A model generated the notes under the pieces. That model was given only the letters and a program-made list of their open reading frames with translations. It did no database searches and was not told where the DNA came from. From Chloroflexota bacterium (lineage in GTDB: Bacteria > Chloroflexota > Limnocylindria > Limnocylindrales > CSP1-4): a stretch of 44,274 bases of DNA. Position 1 is the first letter of the stretch; every line of letters starts with the position of its first letter. The position numbers were made by a program, and so were the translations under genes. Positions 1 to 10,537 of this stretch are shown one piece after another. The DNA lies in the NCBI GenBank assembly GCA_013694835.1, contig JACDBP010000319.1:1-44274 (forward strand), in the 5' to 3' direction.

Positions 1-223
1 CCTTTAGGCCCTGCTCGATCCGCTGCCGACGCTCGTCCAGGATCTTGGCGACCGGCCCGAACGCGAACGCTCGGAGGAGCAACAGGAGCAGCAGGAAGTT
101 GAGCGCCGAGACGAGGATCCAGAAGAAGTTGATGACGAGGCCGCCCGACTCGCCTCCTTCCTCGGCCGCGAGGAGGGGCGCGATGCCGGCCGCGGCGTCC
201 CCGATGACGGCGATGATGTCCAC
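1..223 (-). CDS. atpF: F-type ATP synthase subunit b, N-terminal part (gene continues beyond the left edge)
   Basis: The gene is truncated by the window edge, so it is absent from the ORF track. Reverse-strand translation from GTG (223-221) gives VDIIAVIGDAAAGIAPLLAAEEGGESGGLVINFFWILVSALNFLLLLLLLRAFAFGPVAKILDERRQRIEQGLK. That is one TM helix followed by the conserved b-subunit PV.K.LDER segment. It starts 5 nt after the atpE stop, in the canonical atpB-atpE-atpF order. Confidence 0.75.
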   Translation of the reverse strand, partial: MDIIAVIGDAAAGIAPLLAAEEGGESGGLVINFFWILVSALNFLLLLLLLRAFAFGPVAKILDERRQRIEQGLK

Positions 224-228
224 GCAGC

Positions 229-441
229 CTACTTCAGGAAGATGATGAGCACGCCCAGAACGAAGGCGAAGATGCCGAGTCCCTCGGCCAGGACGGCGCC
301 GAGGATGAAGTTCTGGCGGATCTGGTTGGCGGCGTCGGGATTGCGGCCGATCGCCCCGGTCGTCATGCCGGTCAGGATCCCGATCCCGATGCCAGGACCG
401 ATGATGCCGAACGCGGCGAGACCGGCTCCGATGAGTTCCAT
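229..441 (-). CDS. atpE: F-type ATP synthase subunit c
   Basis: Starts at the internal ATG (441) of track ORF 229..594, with GGAGG about 10 nt upstream (revcomp of 452-456). The 70-aa product is MELIGAGLAAFGIIGPGIGIGILTGMTTGAIGRNPDAANQIRQNFILGAVLAEGLGIFAFVLGVLIIFLK. It is a two-helix hairpin with a Gly-rich helix 1 and the carboxylate in LAEGLG. Confidence 0.95.
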   Translation of the reverse strand: MELIGAGLAAFGIIGPGIGIGILTGMTTGAIGRNPDAANQIRQNFILGAVLAEGLGIFAFVLGVLIIFLK

Positions 442-517
442 GCTGGGCGTACCTCCTGTGTCCGGCGGGGCTGCCGGGCGCATCTCTTGTGAAACGATAT
501 GGGGTGCTAGCGGCGCG

Positions 518-1588
518 CTATCCGTGGGCGCCCTCCGGGACGTGCAGCGGCGGGTAGGCACGCTCCCTGGGCTCGTCCTCCACGGCATGACCATCGTGCG
601 CCTCGTCGTGGTGACCCTCGATGGCGATGAGGGTGAAGGTCAGGGTCAGGATCGCGAAGACCAGGGCCTGCATGAAGCCGACGAACAGCTCCAGCCCTAG
701 GAAGGGCAGCGGGAGGACGGAGATGAGCAGCACCGTCATGACCGACAGCACCAGCTCCCCGCCGTAGATGTTGGCGAAGAGTCGGAGCGCCAGCGTGACC
801 GGCTTGAAGAACTCGAGAACGAATTCCAGGAGCCCCACGAACAGGTCGATGAAGCCGTCGAACGGGCTCCGGCGGAAGCCCCGGAAGTTGAAGAACTTGC
901 CGAAGTAGCCCCGGAAGCCGAGGACGCGGACGCCTTCGACGTGGAAGGTGAAGAAGCTCACCAGCGCCAGGCCGAAGGTGATGTTCACGTCGCTCGTCGG
1001 CGCCCGGAGGAACTCGACCTTGCCGACGAACGGGACGAGACCGCTCCAGTTGGCAAGGATGATGAACAGGAAGAGGGTCAGGAACAGCGACACATACCGC
1101 CGCGCCGGCGGGCCGCCGAGCTCCATCGCGAAGCCCTCGAGCCCCGAGTACACGTACTCCACGAAGTTCTGGACGCGGCCCGGGATCATCTTGAGGCCAC
1201 GCGTCGCCACGAACGCGAGGATCACGAGGATGACCATCACGATCCACATCGTGAAGATGGTGGAGGTGATACTCGGGTGGGCGGTGACGGTCAACCCGCT
1301 GGTGACGGCGTGCTCGCCGGACGGAGCGAGATCCACCAGCACGTGCGGCGGGATGAACTCGAGGTTGGCGTTGATGCCGGTCTTGGGATCGGGGAAGTTC
1401 GCCGGCGCCATGAAGATGATCGCCAGGACGTCGATGACCAGGACCGCCAGGATGGCCAGATAGAGGGAGCGGCGGCTGGCCTTGGGGGCCGGGGCCGGCG
1501 GTGCATCGAGGCCAGCGATGGTCGCAGCCTCGAGGTCCTCCTCGGCCCGCACGCGACCGTTTGTCGGGGTCGTGCTCGACACGCTCAC
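518..1588 (-). CDS. atpB: F-type ATP synthase subunit a
   Basis: Corresponds to the C-terminal part of track ORF 518..1915. It contains LFLFIILANWSGLVPF and TLALRLFANIYGGELVL, which carries the invariant Arg of subunit a. The start is set at GTG 1588, the first start codon after the stop (1627) of the preceding gene. The start is uncertain by up to a few tens of nt. Confidence 0.85.
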   Translation of the reverse strand: MSVSSTTPTNGRVRAEEDLEAATIAGLDAPPAPAPKASRRSLYLAILAVLVIDVLAIIFMAPANFPDPKTGINANLEFIPPHVLVDLAPSGEHAVTSGLTVTAHPSITSTIFTMWIVMVILVILAFVATRGLKMIPGRVQNFVEYVYSGLEGFAMELGGPPARRYVSLFLTLFLFIILANWSGLVPFVGKVEFLRAPTSDVNITFGLALVSFFTFHVEGVRVLGFRGYFGKFFNFRGFRRSPFDGFIDLFVGLLEFVLEFFKPVTLALRLFANIYGGELVLSVMTVLLISVLPLPFLGLELFVGFMQALVFAILTLTFTLIAIEGHHDEAHDGHAVEDEPRERAYPPLHVPEGAHG

Positions 1589-1626
1589 TCCACGTGGGGG
1601 CGCGGTGGGCCCGCGACTGTTTCTCC

Positions 1627-1845
1627 TCAGAACCTCGCCAGGAAGCGGGTCACGATGCGGTGGACCGCGAAGGCCCCCAGGGCCATCCCGGTGAGCAGAC
1701 CCACCAGCAGGAAGATGGGCAGGGTCTGGAGCCGCTCGTCGACCCACGCGCCGACGGCGATCCCGGCCACGATGGCCAGGGCGAGCACGATGCCGACCTC
1801 GGTGAAGAGGGCGAAGTACATCCCCGCCCGTCCGAGACCGTTCAT
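1627..1845 (-). CDS. Small two-TM membrane protein, AtpI/AtpZ-like ATP synthase accessory protein
   Basis: Starts at the internal ATG (1845) of track ORF 1627..2022. The 72-aa product MNGLGRAGMYFALFTEVGIVLALAIVAGIAVGAWVDERLQTLPIFLLVGLLTGMALGAFAVHRIVTRFLARF has two hydrophobic helices. It sits directly upstream of atpB. The call rests on position and topology only. Confidence 0.6.
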   Translation of the reverse strand: MNGLGRAGMYFALFTEVGIVLALAIVAGIAVGAWVDERLQTLPIFLLVGLLTGMALGAFAVHRIVTRFLARF

Positions 1846-1915
1846 GAGCGACCTGCCAACGCGCCGGGAGTATAGCAGAGGGTCCCCTCGTGATCCGTGC
1901 TGCCGGGGGTGCCAC

Positions 1916-3133
1916 TCATCCGCCTTGATCCTGCCGCTCGGCGCTCGAGGCGAGCGGCGCGGCGCCAGGCTCGTGCGCCATCGGACGAGCCTGATCGCGG
2001 ATGGCGGCACGGCCCGCATCACGTGCCCGTGGTCGAGGCTCGTCGTCGGGGTAGCTCTCGGCCTCGAAGCTCTTCCTCGCGCGCCGGGTCATGAGGTAGA
2101 GGAGCAGCCCCCCGATGACCACGATCCCCAGGAACGTGTACAGCTGCTGGTTGCCGGAGAGGCCCACGCTGAGCACCGCTAACAGCGTGGAGATGCCGTA
2201 GATGACCAGGACCGCCCCACGATGCGTGACCCCCAGGTCCAGCAGCCGGTGGTGGAAGTGCCCCCGGTCGGGGGCGAAGGGCGACTGTCCCTGGACGAGC
2301 CGCCGCACGATGATCCAGAACGTGTCGATGATCGGCACGCCCAGGACGAGCAGGGCCACGGCGACCTTGGCGGTGCCGAGGATGGACAGCACCGCCAGCG
2401 CGAAGCCGACCGCGAACACCCCCGTCGTACCGATGAAGATGCGAGCCGGGTGGAAGTTCCAGGGCAGGAACCCGAGCAGCGATCCCGCCAGGAGCGCGCA
2501 AAGCAGCGCCACCATGGTTTGCGAGGGCGAGTCGAGGAGCGACAGCATGCCGAGGGTCGCCGCGGCGATAAGGGCGATACCGGTGGAGAGGCCGTCGAGC
2601 CCGTCGATGAAGTTGAGGCTGTTGATCATGCCCACGATCCAGACCGCCGAGAACGCGTAGGCGAATGGCTCGCTGAAGGCAACGGGGCCCTGGCCGAACG
2701 GGTTGCTGATCAGGTCGATGGTGATGCCCGCGACGAGGGCAACGCTCGCCAGCGCCAGCTGTGCGCCGAACTGCCAGCGGGCCCTCAGCTGGAACCGGTC
2801 GTCGACGAAGCCGAAGAGTGCACCGATCGCGGCGCCACCGAAGAGTGCTGCCAGCTCCATCCCGCCCAGGTTGGCGAGCGGCGAGACGACGTCCGACTCC
2901 CCCTCGACGAGGAGCGCCACGATCCCGACGCCGAGGAACGAAGCGACGACCGCCAGCCCCCCCGCGCGCGGGATGGGTCGGGCATGGACCCGGCGCGCGG
3001 AGTTGGGCAGGTCGATGGCACCCGCCCGAGTGGCGATCCGGGCGGCCAGCGGGGTGAGGATGAAGCTGACGAGCGCCGTGACGGCGACGCTCGCCAGGAT
3101 GAACGGCAGCGCCTGCGCGGCGGCCGGCGTCAC
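1916..3133 (-). CDS. wecA: Polyprenyl-phosphate N-acetylhexosamine-1-phosphate transferase (MraY/WecA family, GT4)
   Basis: A polytopic membrane protein with [25 protein letters not shown] and HFHHRLL signatures. The start is placed at GTG 3133, which overlaps the glyA stop as GTGA; the track start at 3169 would overlap glyA by 40 nt. An rfe/wecA gene upstream of the atp operon is a known conserved arrangement. The usual FMGDxGS motif reads FIGTTGV here (see findings). Confidence 0.75.
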   Translation of the reverse strand: MTPAAAQALPFILASVAVTALVSFILTPLAARIATRAGAIDLPNSARRVHARPIPRAGGLAVVASFLGVGIVALLVEGESDVVSPLANLGGMELAALFGGAAIGALFGFVDDRFQLRARWQFGAQLALASVALVAGITIDLISNPFGQGPVAFSEPFAYAFSAVWIVGMINSLNFIDGLDGLSTGIALIAAATLGMLSLLDSPSQTMVALLCALLAGSLLGFLPWNFHPARIFIGTTGVFAVGFALAVLSILGTAKVAVALLVLGVPIIDTFWIIVRRLVQGQSPFAPDRGHFHHRLLDLGVTHRGAVLVIYGISTLLAVLSVGLSGNQQLYTFLGIVVIGGLLLYLMTRRARKSFEAESYPDDEPRPRARDAGRAAIRDQARPMAHEPGAAPLASSAERQDQGG

Positions 3134-4410
3134 GCGTCCGGCAGACCCGGCACCGGGAACCGGGCGCACATCGCACGCACCCGCTCGGCGATGGGCGCAC
3201 GCGCCTCCGTGTCGTCGCCGGCACGCAGGGCCTCCACGATGAGCGACGCGATCTGTCGCATCTCGTCCGTGCCGAAGCCCCGCGTCGTCGTGGCCGGCGT
3301 GCCGACCCGGATGCCCGAGGCGACATTCGGCGGGTTCGTGTCGAACGGGATGGCGTTCTTGTTGACGGTGATGCCTGCCTGGTCCAGCAGCACCTCCGCG
3401 TCACGGCCGGTCACACCGAGGGGCGTCACGTCCACCAGCATCAGGTGATTGTCGGTGCCGCCTGAGACGACCTGGGCGCCCTGCTCGGTCAGTCCCGACG
3501 CCAGGACCTGGGCGTTCTCGATCGTCCGGCGCATGTCCTCGCGGAACGAGTCGGTTGCAGCCAGCCGAAGGGCGACCGCCTTGGCGGCGATGACGTGCAT
3601 CAACGGCCCACCCTGGATGCCCGGGAAGACGGTCTTGTCGACGGCCTTCGCAAGATCGGCGCGACAGAAGGTCAGTCCACCGCGAGGGCCTCGGAGCGTC
3701 TTGTGGGTGGTGGTGGTAACGAGGTCGGCGTGCGGGAAGGGGCTTGGGTGGAGGCCTGCCGCAACGAGCCCGGCGATATGCGCCATGTCCACGAATAGCA
3801 TCGCTCCGACGCCGTGGGCGATGGCCGCCATGCGCTCGAAATCGATCAAGCGCGGGTAGGCACTCGCACCGGCCACGATGAGGCGAGGATGGACGCTGGC
3901 CGCCTGGCGCTCGAGCGCCTCGTAGTCGATGCGGGCATCTTCCTGGCTGACCCCGTAAGAGTGGACCTCGTACCACTTGCCACTGAAGTTGACGGGTGAG
4001 CCATGCGTCAGGTGGCCACCGTGGGCAAGATTCATGCCCAGGATCCGGTCACCATGGTCCAGCACCGCAAGGTACGCCGCCATGTTTGCCTGGGCACCGG
4101 AGTGCGGCTGGACGTTGACGTGCTCGGCACCGGGAAAGAGCGCCAGCGCGCGCGCCTCGGCGAGCTCCTCGGCGATGTCCACGTACTCGCAGCCGCCGTA
4201 GTAGCGCTTTCCCGGCTGTCCCTCGGCATACTTGTTCGTCAGCCAGGAGCCCTGGGCCTCCATGACCGCACCAAAGGCATAGTTCTCGCTCGCGATCAGC
4301 TCGATCTTCCAGCGCTGCCGGTCACGCTCCTGGATCATCGCCGACCAGAGCTCCGGGTCGACCTCAGAAAGGGGCTCCCACCCCAGTCCCGGGGCTGCTG
4401 CGACGGTCAT
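3130..4410 (-). CDS. glyA: Serine hydroxymethyltransferase
   Basis: A 426-aa ORF with [29 protein letters not shown], the PLP-lysine region [14 protein letters not shown], and [17 protein letters not shown]. The ATG at 4410 has GAGGGA 9 nt upstream. Confidence 0.97.
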   Translation of the reverse strand: MTVAAAPGLGWEPLSEVDPELWSAMIQERDRQRWKIELIASENYAFGAVMEAQGSWLTNKYAEGQPGKRYYGGCEYVDIAEELAEARALALFPGAEHVNVQPHSGAQANMAAYLAVLDHGDRILGMNLAHGGHLTHGSPVNFSGKWYEVHSYGVSQEDARIDYEALERQAASVHPRLIVAGASAYPRLIDFERMAAIAHGVGAMLFVDMAHIAGLVAAGLHPSPFPHADLVTTTTHKTLRGPRGGLTFCRADLAKAVDKTVFPGIQGGPLMHVIAAKAVALRLAATDSFREDMRRTIENAQVLASGLTEQGAQVVSGGTDNHLMLVDVTPLGVTGRDAEVLLDQAGITVNKNAIPFDTNPPNVASGIRVGTPATTTRGFGTDEMRQIASLIVEALRAGDDTEARAPIAERVRAMCARFPVPGLPDA

Positions 4411-4433
4411 CTCGAGGGTTCCCTCTGCTTCGG

Positions 4434-5150
4434 CTACGGGACCGCAGTGTACCCGGGCCCCGCCGCAGCCTCGATCTCCGAGGCGGGGATGGCGCCCTCC
4501 CGCAGGACCGTCGGCGGACCGCTGTCGAGCACCTCGACCACCGTCGACGCAACGCCGCCCGGCGATGACCCGCCGTCAACCACCAACGCCACCCGGTCGC
4601 CGAGCGCATCGAGCGCCTCGCGCGCGGTGCGCGCTGCCTGCTCCCCCGAGAGGTTCGCCGAGCTGACGGCGATCGGCCCGAGCGCCCTTGCGAGGGCACG
4701 GGCCACAGCGTGGTCCGGGACCCTCACGGCGATCGTCGCCCGACCGCCCGTGAGCAGCGCGGACGCAGAGCGCGGATCTCGGAGTGGCAGCACGAGCGTC
4801 AGCGGCCCGGGCCAGTACCGTTCCGCCAGCCTCCGCGCCGCCGGCGGCACGCTGGCAACCCCCGTGAGCTGGTCCAGGCTGTCGATGAGCAGGGGGATGC
4901 CCTTCGCGGCGTCGCGTTGCTTGGCGGCGATCAGGCGCCGTACGCCCTCCTGTGTCGCCAGCGCCGCGATGCCGTAGACGGTATCGGTCGGGATGCCCAC
5001 CAGCTCCCCGAGCTCCAGGGCGTCGATAGCGGCCTCGATGCTGCGCGGTTCGCCGGCAGGCAGGATCCGCGCTGCGAGGGACGCGTCGGCCCATCGGGCG
5101 TCGCCGTCTCTGGCCGCGTTGCCCGGGGCACCCGGGATCGGCTCAGTCAC
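4434..5150 (-). CDS. tsaC: L-threonylcarbamoyladenylate synthase (Sua5/YwlC/TsaC family, short form)
   Basis: The C-terminal 238 aa of track ORF 4434..5612 contain [40 protein letters not shown] and [15 protein letters not shown] 5150 is in frame and overlaps the prmC stop by 8 nt. Confidence 0.85.
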   Translation of the reverse strand: MTEPIPGAPGNAARDGDARWADASLAARILPAGEPRSIEAAIDALELGELVGIPTDTVYGIAALATQEGVRRLIAAKQRDAAKGIPLLIDSLDQLTGVASVPPAARRLAERYWPGPLTLVLPLRDPRSASALLTGGRATIAVRVPDHAVARALARALGPIAVSSANLSGEQAARTAREALDALGDRVALVVDGGSSPGGVASTVVEVLDSGPPTVLREGAIPASEIEAAAGPGYTAVP

Positions 5151-6141
5151 GTGCCATCGGTCTGACCTCGAGCACGCGCGGGATGCCTGCCAGGTCCGGA
5201 TGGACCGTGGCGAAGCAGCCGGGCAGGAGCGCGGCCGCTGCGTTGGTCGCGGCTTCGGCCTGCCCAGCGCCGATCTCGAGCACGGCTGTGCCGCCAGTCG
5301 CCAGCACCGACGGCAACAGCGACAGCAGCCGCACCACCAGATCGAGACCGTCCGCGCCGCCGTCCAGGGCCAGTCGCGGCTCGAAGCTGGCAGCGACCGC
5401 CAGCCGGGCCACCTCGTCGGTGGGCACGTACGGCAGGTTGCCGACGACCATGTCCACCAGCGGTTCGTTCTCGAGACCGCCGCGCTCGTCGGCGAGATCG
5501 GCGAGGCGCAGCTGGACGATGTGGGCGACCCTGTGCGCCACGACGTTGGCAGTTGCCACGGCCAGCGCTCCCGGCGAGCTGTCGGTCGCCAGGATGCGGA
5601 CGCCGGCAGCACGGCGCCGGCGGAGTGCGTCAGCGATCGCCACGGCCACGGCCCCGCTGCCGGTGCCGACGTCCCAGACGCGGACCGGCTGTGAGGCTCG
5701 TGACCTCGGAGAGGGTGCGACGGAGCCGAGGCAGGCGACCGTCCGATCGATCGCCACGTCCACGAGCAGCTCCGTCTCCGGGCGCGGGATCAGCACCCGC
5801 GGGTCCACGGCGAGCCTCAGACCACGGAACTCCTTGAAGCCGCGGATGTAGGCGATCGGCTCGCCTGCGACCCGCCGATCCACGACCGCCGCGAGCGCTG
5901 CCGCGCGGCCCGCGTCGATGCGGACCTCCGGGTGAGCCAGTACCGCCGTACGGTCCACGCCGAGCACGAAGCCGACCAACAGCTCTGCATCCAGGCGAGG
6001 AGTGTCCGAGCCGGATCCTCGCAGTCTGTCGGCGGTACGAGCGAGGGCATCGCCGACGATGACCCGCGTGGTCCGGTGCGAAGTCCCAGCCGGCCCTCCC
6101 GCGGCGCCCGCCAGGCTAGATCTGGACGACGACACGGACAT
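5143..6141 (-). CDS. prmC: Peptide chain release factor N5-glutamine methyltransferase (HemK/PrmC)
   Basis: Contains PRLDAELL, EPIAYIRGFKEFRGL, LIPRPETELLV, the SAM motif VWDVGTGSGAVA, and the substrate motif VVGNLPYV (NLPY instead of NPPY). The start is ambiguous between TTG 6165 and ATG 6141; I used the ATG. Confidence 0.85.
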   Translation of the reverse strand: MSVSSSRSSLAGAAGGPAGTSHRTTRVIVGDALARTADRLRGSGSDTPRLDAELLVGFVLGVDRTAVLAHPEVRIDAGRAAALAAVVDRRVAGEPIAYIRGFKEFRGLRLAVDPRVLIPRPETELLVDVAIDRTVACLGSVAPSPRSRASQPVRVWDVGTGSGAVAVAIADALRRRRAAGVRILATDSSPGALAVATANVVAHRVAHIVQLRLADLADERGGLENEPLVDMVVGNLPYVPTDEVARLAVAASFEPRLALDGGADGLDLVVRLLSLLPSVLATGGTAVLEIGAGQAEAATNAAAALLPGCFATVHPDLAGIPRVLEVRPMARD

Positions 6142-8422
6142 CGCCGGTCCGGCGCAGCACGTCAACCCCGGTCGAGTGGTCGGTGCGCCGGAACCGCAGG
6201 TCGAGCACGGCCTGGCCTACCCGCAGGTTGCGCAGCTCCAGCTGGGGAAGCCAGTCCGGCAGTGACGGCGCGAGGAGGGTCAGCTGGCCGGCATCGGCAT
6301 CGGGCTGGAGCCCCAGCATCGATCCCATCAACTGGAACATGCAGCCGGCCGACCACGCCTGGGGCGAGCAGGCGACAGGATACGGCACCGGGAATGGCGA
6401 GGTCGCCCGGTCGAATCCGCAGAACAGCTCCGGCAAGCGGGCGTCGCGGAAGTACCGGGTGGCCTGGAGCATCGTGGCCGCGACATGGGCGGCTTCCTCT
6501 CGAAAGCCGTACCGCGCCAGGCCGCTCGCCGCGATCCCGTTGTCATGTGGCCAGATCGTGCCGATGTGGTAGCCGATCGGGTTGTAGCCGCCCATCTCGC
6601 TCGAGAGCGTGCGGATGCCCCAGCCGCTCCACATGCCCGGCCCCATCAGCGAAGCCACCACGCGCCTGGCACGCTCTGGCGACGCGATGCCACACCAGAG
6701 GACGTGCCCCGCATTCGAGCCGATGGCGTCCACCTGGTGTTTCTGCCCATCCAGCGCCAACGCGTAGGTGCCGACATCCTCCATCCAGAACTCAGCCTCG
6801 AACCGCTCGCGCAGCCGGGCAGCCGCCTGCTCCTGGTCCATCGCCAGCACCTCGTCGCCGCGCCGTCGGGCGAGACGCGCCATGCCCAGCCGCGCCGCAT
6901 AGACGTAGGCCTGGACCTCCACCAGCGCAAGGGGCGCCGGGACCGTCGTGCCGTCCCGGCGCCGGCTCGACTCGGGCGAGTCCTTCCAGCCCTGGTTGAC
7001 CAGACCTCGCGGTGATCGCCGTCGATACTCCACGAAGCCGTCGCCGTCCTCGTCGCCGTCGCCGTCGATCCAGGCGAGCGCGGCGAGTGCGTTCGGCCAG
7101 AGGCGGTCGACGAGCGCATCGTCCCCCGTCCAGCGGGCGTACTCGTCGAGGAGCATGAGCCACAATGGCGTGGCGTCCACCGAGCCGTAGTACGGCGTGT
7201 GCGGGATGTCGCCGGCCAGCGCGAGCTCGCCCGTTCGGAGCTCGTGGAGGATCTTGCCAGGTTGGGCATCGCGCCAATCGTCGGTGTCCGTCGCCTGCAG
7301 GCGGGCAAGCAGAGCCAGGGTCTCGGCGGCGACCTGCGGCCGGACGCAGAGCAGTTGGAGGGCCGTGATCAGTGCATCACGCCCGAAGAGCGTGGAGAAC
7401 CAGGGCACCCCGGCCGCGATGTACCGCTCGCCCTCGCCGGGTCCTGGGTTGCGCAGGAGCCGCAGGTCGGCCAGTGCGCGCTGGAGTGCCTGGTCCGCGA
7501 ACGGGTCGAAGGTCTCCAGGATCGCGGTGCTCGACTTCCAGGCGCGGTGGACGGCCATCGGTTCATCTTCCCGGACCATCGGCACCGGCCCCTCAAGGAG
7601 CTTCGCGACCGCCGCCCCCTCTGTAGCGGCGCCGCTCTCCGACCACACCGTGACCTGGAGCGTTCGACGCGCGCCGGGCGCCACGATCCAGTCGAGTGCC
7701 GCTTGGATCGCGCCGTACTCGCTGTCGGACGCCTCGATGATCATCGACTCGGAGAAAGCGATGTGCGTGGATCGGACCTGATCGTCCAGGCCGCGGTAGG
7801 AGAGCACCACGCGCGCGCCGTCGCCGCCGATCGCGTTCGGCAGGCGGTCGCCGCGTTCGTCGCGGACCAGGCCCCGTACCTCGAAGATGTCGGCGTAGTC
7901 GGCGTCCATGGCGAGTTGCAGCGAGCACTGTTGCGGATGCGTCGTGTAGTTGTCCACGTGGATCCGCTCGCGGAACCCGCCGGAAAGCAGCCGCTCCCGG
8001 ACGAGACCCAGGGACTGGCGGCCAAGTACCTCCGGAGGACCGGGCTGGCCGTCGGCACGGATATCGCGCACCACATCGGGGTTCGTGAGCTGGATCGTTC
8101 CGGTGTAGCTCGCCCCGCCCCCGGTCCGCAGCACGACGGGCCTTGCGTGGTTCAGCCGCAGCTCGTGGCGCGACAGGATCCGTGTGTCGCCGTCGTAGAG
8201 CCCGAGACCCCGCGTATCGGGATGCACGTCGCCCCACGCGTCGGTCAGCTGGAAGAGAGATTCGTGCTTGAGGACGAGGACGCCCGTCAGGTCGGTCGCC
8301 CGGACGACCGCGGCATCGCCCGACAGCGGCTTGGGCAGGGGCATCCCCGAGATCGGGTCCCGCTCGAGGGGTGCGAGCGCCTGGGCGCGGTTGCTTCGCG
8401 GTATCCCGTCCGACTCGGTCAT
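6116..8422 (-). CDS. Amylo-alpha-1,6-glucosidase / bacterial glycogen-debranching-enzyme family protein
   Basis: A 768-aa ORF. The N-terminus ([18 protein letters not shown]...[14 protein letters not shown]) and central region ([49 protein letters not shown]) are typical of the GDE_N/GDE_C-type (alpha/alpha)6 glucosidases. The ATG at 8422 overlaps the prfA stop as ATGA. Confidence 0.8.
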   Translation of the reverse strand: MTESDGIPRSNRAQALAPLERDPISGMPLPKPLSGDAAVVRATDLTGVLVLKHESLFQLTDAWGDVHPDTRGLGLYDGDTRILSRHELRLNHARPVVLRTGGGASYTGTIQLTNPDVVRDIRADGQPGPPEVLGRQSLGLVRERLLSGGFRERIHVDNYTTHPQQCSLQLAMDADYADIFEVRGLVRDERGDRLPNAIGGDGARVVLSYRGLDDQVRSTHIAFSESMIIEASDSEYGAIQAALDWIVAPGARRTLQVTVWSESGAATEGAAVAKLLEGPVPMVREDEPMAVHRAWKSSTAILETFDPFADQALQRALADLRLLRNPGPGEGERYIAAGVPWFSTLFGRDALITALQLLCVRPQVAAETLALLARLQATDTDDWRDAQPGKILHELRTGELALAGDIPHTPYYGSVDATPLWLMLLDEYARWTGDDALVDRLWPNALAALAWIDGDGDEDGDGFVEYRRRSPRGLVNQGWKDSPESSRRRDGTTVPAPLALVEVQAYVYAARLGMARLARRRGDEVLAMDQEQAAARLRERFEAEFWMEDVGTYALALDGQKHQVDAIGSNAGHVLWCGIASPERARRVVASLMGPGMWSGWGIRTLSSEMGGYNPIGYHIGTIWPHDNGIAASGLARYGFREEAAHVAATMLQATRYFRDARLPELFCGFDRATSPFPVPYPVACSPQAWSAGCMFQLMGSMLGLQPDADAGQLTLLAPSLPDWLPQLELRNLRVGQAVLDLRFRRTDHSTGVDVLRRTGDVRVVVQI

Positions 8423-9525
8423 CGGCTGTCCTCCGGCGCTGGGTCGGGATCGTCGAAGCCCGCGAGTCGGTCCGCCTGATCCGTCGTGATGAGCGCCTGC
8501 AGCAGACGATCGAGATCCCCGTCCAGCAACCCCGGCAGGTTGTGCAGGTCCAACCCGATGCGGTGGTCGGTGACCCGATCCTGGGGGAAGTTGTAGGTCC
8601 TGATCTTCTCGGAGCGCTCCCCCGAGCCGACCATCAGCCTGCGCGCGGCCGCCTCCGCCTCGTGCGCTCGGCGTCGTTCCATCTCCAACAGCCTGGAGCG
8701 GAGCACGGCCATCGCCTTGGCCTTGTTCTTGTGCTGGCTCTTCTCGTCCTGGATGGCCACGACCAGGCCCGTCGGCAGGTGCGTGATGCGCACCGCCGAG
8801 TCGGTCGTGTTGACACTCTGTCCGCCGGGACCGGTGGACCGGTAGACATCGATCCGCAGCTCCCTGTCCTCGATCGTGACGTCGACCTCGTCGGCTTCCG
8901 GGAGCACGGCAACGGTGGCCGTGGACGTGTGGATGCGACCGCTCGATTCCGTTTCGGGCACTCGCTGGACCCGGTGGACGCCACCCTCGAACTTCAGGCG
9001 ACTGTAGGCACCCCTGCCGTGGATCTCGAAGATGGCCTCGCGCAGCCCGCCGATGCCGCCGCTCTCACTCGAGGTGATGAGCTCGGCCGACCAGCGCTGA
9101 CGCTCCGCGTACCGGACGTACATCCGATAGAGGGAAGCCGCGAACAGCGCCGCCTCCTCGCCACCGGTGCCCGCGCGGATCTCGATGATGACGTCCCGCT
9201 CGTCATGTGGATCCGCCGGCAGGAGAAGGACCCGAAGCTCCTCCACGAACCGGGTCTCGTCCGCTTCGAGCCGCTCCACCTCCGCGCGTGCCATGTCCCG
9301 CATCTCGCCGTCGGGCTCGGCATCTCGCAGCTCACGAGCTTCACCCAGCTCCCTGCGCGTGGCCCGCAGACGCTGCCAGCCGGCCACGACCGGCTCCAGC
9401 CGGGCGCGCTCCTGGCCGAGCCGACGCAGTTCGTCGAGATCGACCGCGATATCAGGTTGGGCCAGTCGGTCGTCGATCTCCGTCAGCTGCCGCTCGATCT
9501 CCTCGAGGCGATCTTCGAGCGCCAC
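8419..9525 (-). CDS. prfA: Peptide chain release factor 1
   Basis: Contains [24 protein letters not shown] and the GGQ motif in [24 protein letters not shown]. The start is set at GTG 9525, 4 nt after the stop of the upstream gene, giving 368 aa. The track TTG at 9612 would overlap the upstream gene by 83 nt. Confidence 0.93.
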   Translation of the reverse strand: MALEDRLEEIERQLTEIDDRLAQPDIAVDLDELRRLGQERARLEPVVAGWQRLRATRRELGEARELRDAEPDGEMRDMARAEVERLEADETRFVEELRVLLLPADPHDERDVIIEIRAGTGGEEAALFAASLYRMYVRYAERQRWSAELITSSESGGIGGLREAIFEIHGRGAYSRLKFEGGVHRVQRVPETESSGRIHTSTATVAVLPEADEVDVTIEDRELRIDVYRSTGPGGQSVNTTDSAVRITHLPTGLVVAIQDEKSQHKNKAKAMAVLRSRLLEMERRRAHEAEAAARRLMVGSGERSEKIRTYNFPQDRVTDHRIGLDLHNLPGLLDGDLDRLLQALITTDQADRLAGFDDPDPAPEDSR

Positions 9526-9529
9526 GCCG

Positions 9530-10537
9530 TCAGGGCTCGCCGGGATCGGTGCTTGCCGAGGACGTGGGCGCCGGTGATCCTGGCTCGCCGGCGGCCCTGA
9601 CTCCCGGGGCAAGCACCATCTCGAGCGGGCGCCGCTCGGGGTCCAGGCTGCCCTCGGGCGCTGTCTCCTGGTTGGCCGCGAGTGCCTCCTGCATCGACGC
9701 CACGGCGACCTCGATCATCGAGTCGTCGGGCTGCTTGGTGGTGATCATCTGGAGCCAGATGCCCGGCATGTAGATCCAGCGGATGAGCCGGAAGCGGTGG
9801 TACTTGGCACCGAACCTGAGGATCTCGTAGCTCACGGAGGCGATGACGGGAATCAGCAGCACCCGCCCGAGGATGCTGACGACCAGGTCCTGCCCGGCCA
9901 GCAGCGAGAAGACGATGATGCTGACGATCACGAAGACGACGAGGAACTCTGTGCCGCACCGCGGATGGGCGGTCGGATGCCGTCGGATGTTCTCGATCGT
10001 GAGCGCCTGGTCGCGTTCCCAGGCATGGATCGTCATGTGCTCCGCCCCGTGGTACCGGAAGACCCGTTTGATATCGCCGAACTGGCTGACAACGAGCAGG
10101 TAACCGACGAAGATGGCGACCCGGATGAGCCCCTCGTAGAGGTGCTGGATGAGCGGATCCCCGGCGACCGTGACCTGTGCCGTGAACTGGGCAAGGAAGA
10201 GCGGCAGCAGCACGAACAGGCCGACCGCGAAGCCGATGGTGAGCGTCATCGTCAGGGCGATGGCGCCACGGCCGAGCTCCACGCCCTCCCCCGCCGCCTG
10301 GACAGCGCCACTGCGCATGAGCCAGCGCGTGCCGATGACCAGCGTCTCGTAGAGCACGATCAGGCCGCGGAAGAACGGCGCCCGCGCGAAGCGATTTCGG
10401 TGCAGCACGGAGTCCAGCGGCTCGCGCGTCGAGACGATGCTGCCATCGGGGTGCCGGATGGCGACACCGATGGCATCCCGGCCCCGCATGAGGACGCCCT
10501 CCAGGAGCGCCTGCCCCCCGTAGTTGAAACGCGCCAT
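9530..10537 (-). CDS. DUF1385 (YqhQ-like) membrane protein
   Basis: Starts [19 protein letters not shown] and contains YHGAEHM and HPRCGT, characteristic of DUF1385. Its position between rpmE and prfA is the usual context for this family. It carries a Pro/Ala/Ser-rich C-terminal tail. Confidence 0.8.
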   Translation of the reverse strand: MARFNYGGQALLEGVLMRGRDAIGVAIRHPDGSIVSTREPLDSVLHRNRFARAPFFRGLIVLYETLVIGTRWLMRSGAVQAAGEGVELGRGAIALTMTLTIGFAVGLFVLLPLFLAQFTAQVTVAGDPLIQHLYEGLIRVAIFVGYLLVVSQFGDIKRVFRYHGAEHMTIHAWERDQALTIENIRRHPTAHPRCGTEFLVVFVIVSIIVFSLLAGQDLVVSILGRVLLIPVIASVSYEILRFGAKYHRFRLIRWIYMPGIWLQMITTKQPDDSMIEVAVASMQEALAANQETAPEGSLDPERRPLEMVLAPGVRAAGEPGSPAPTSSASTDPGEP

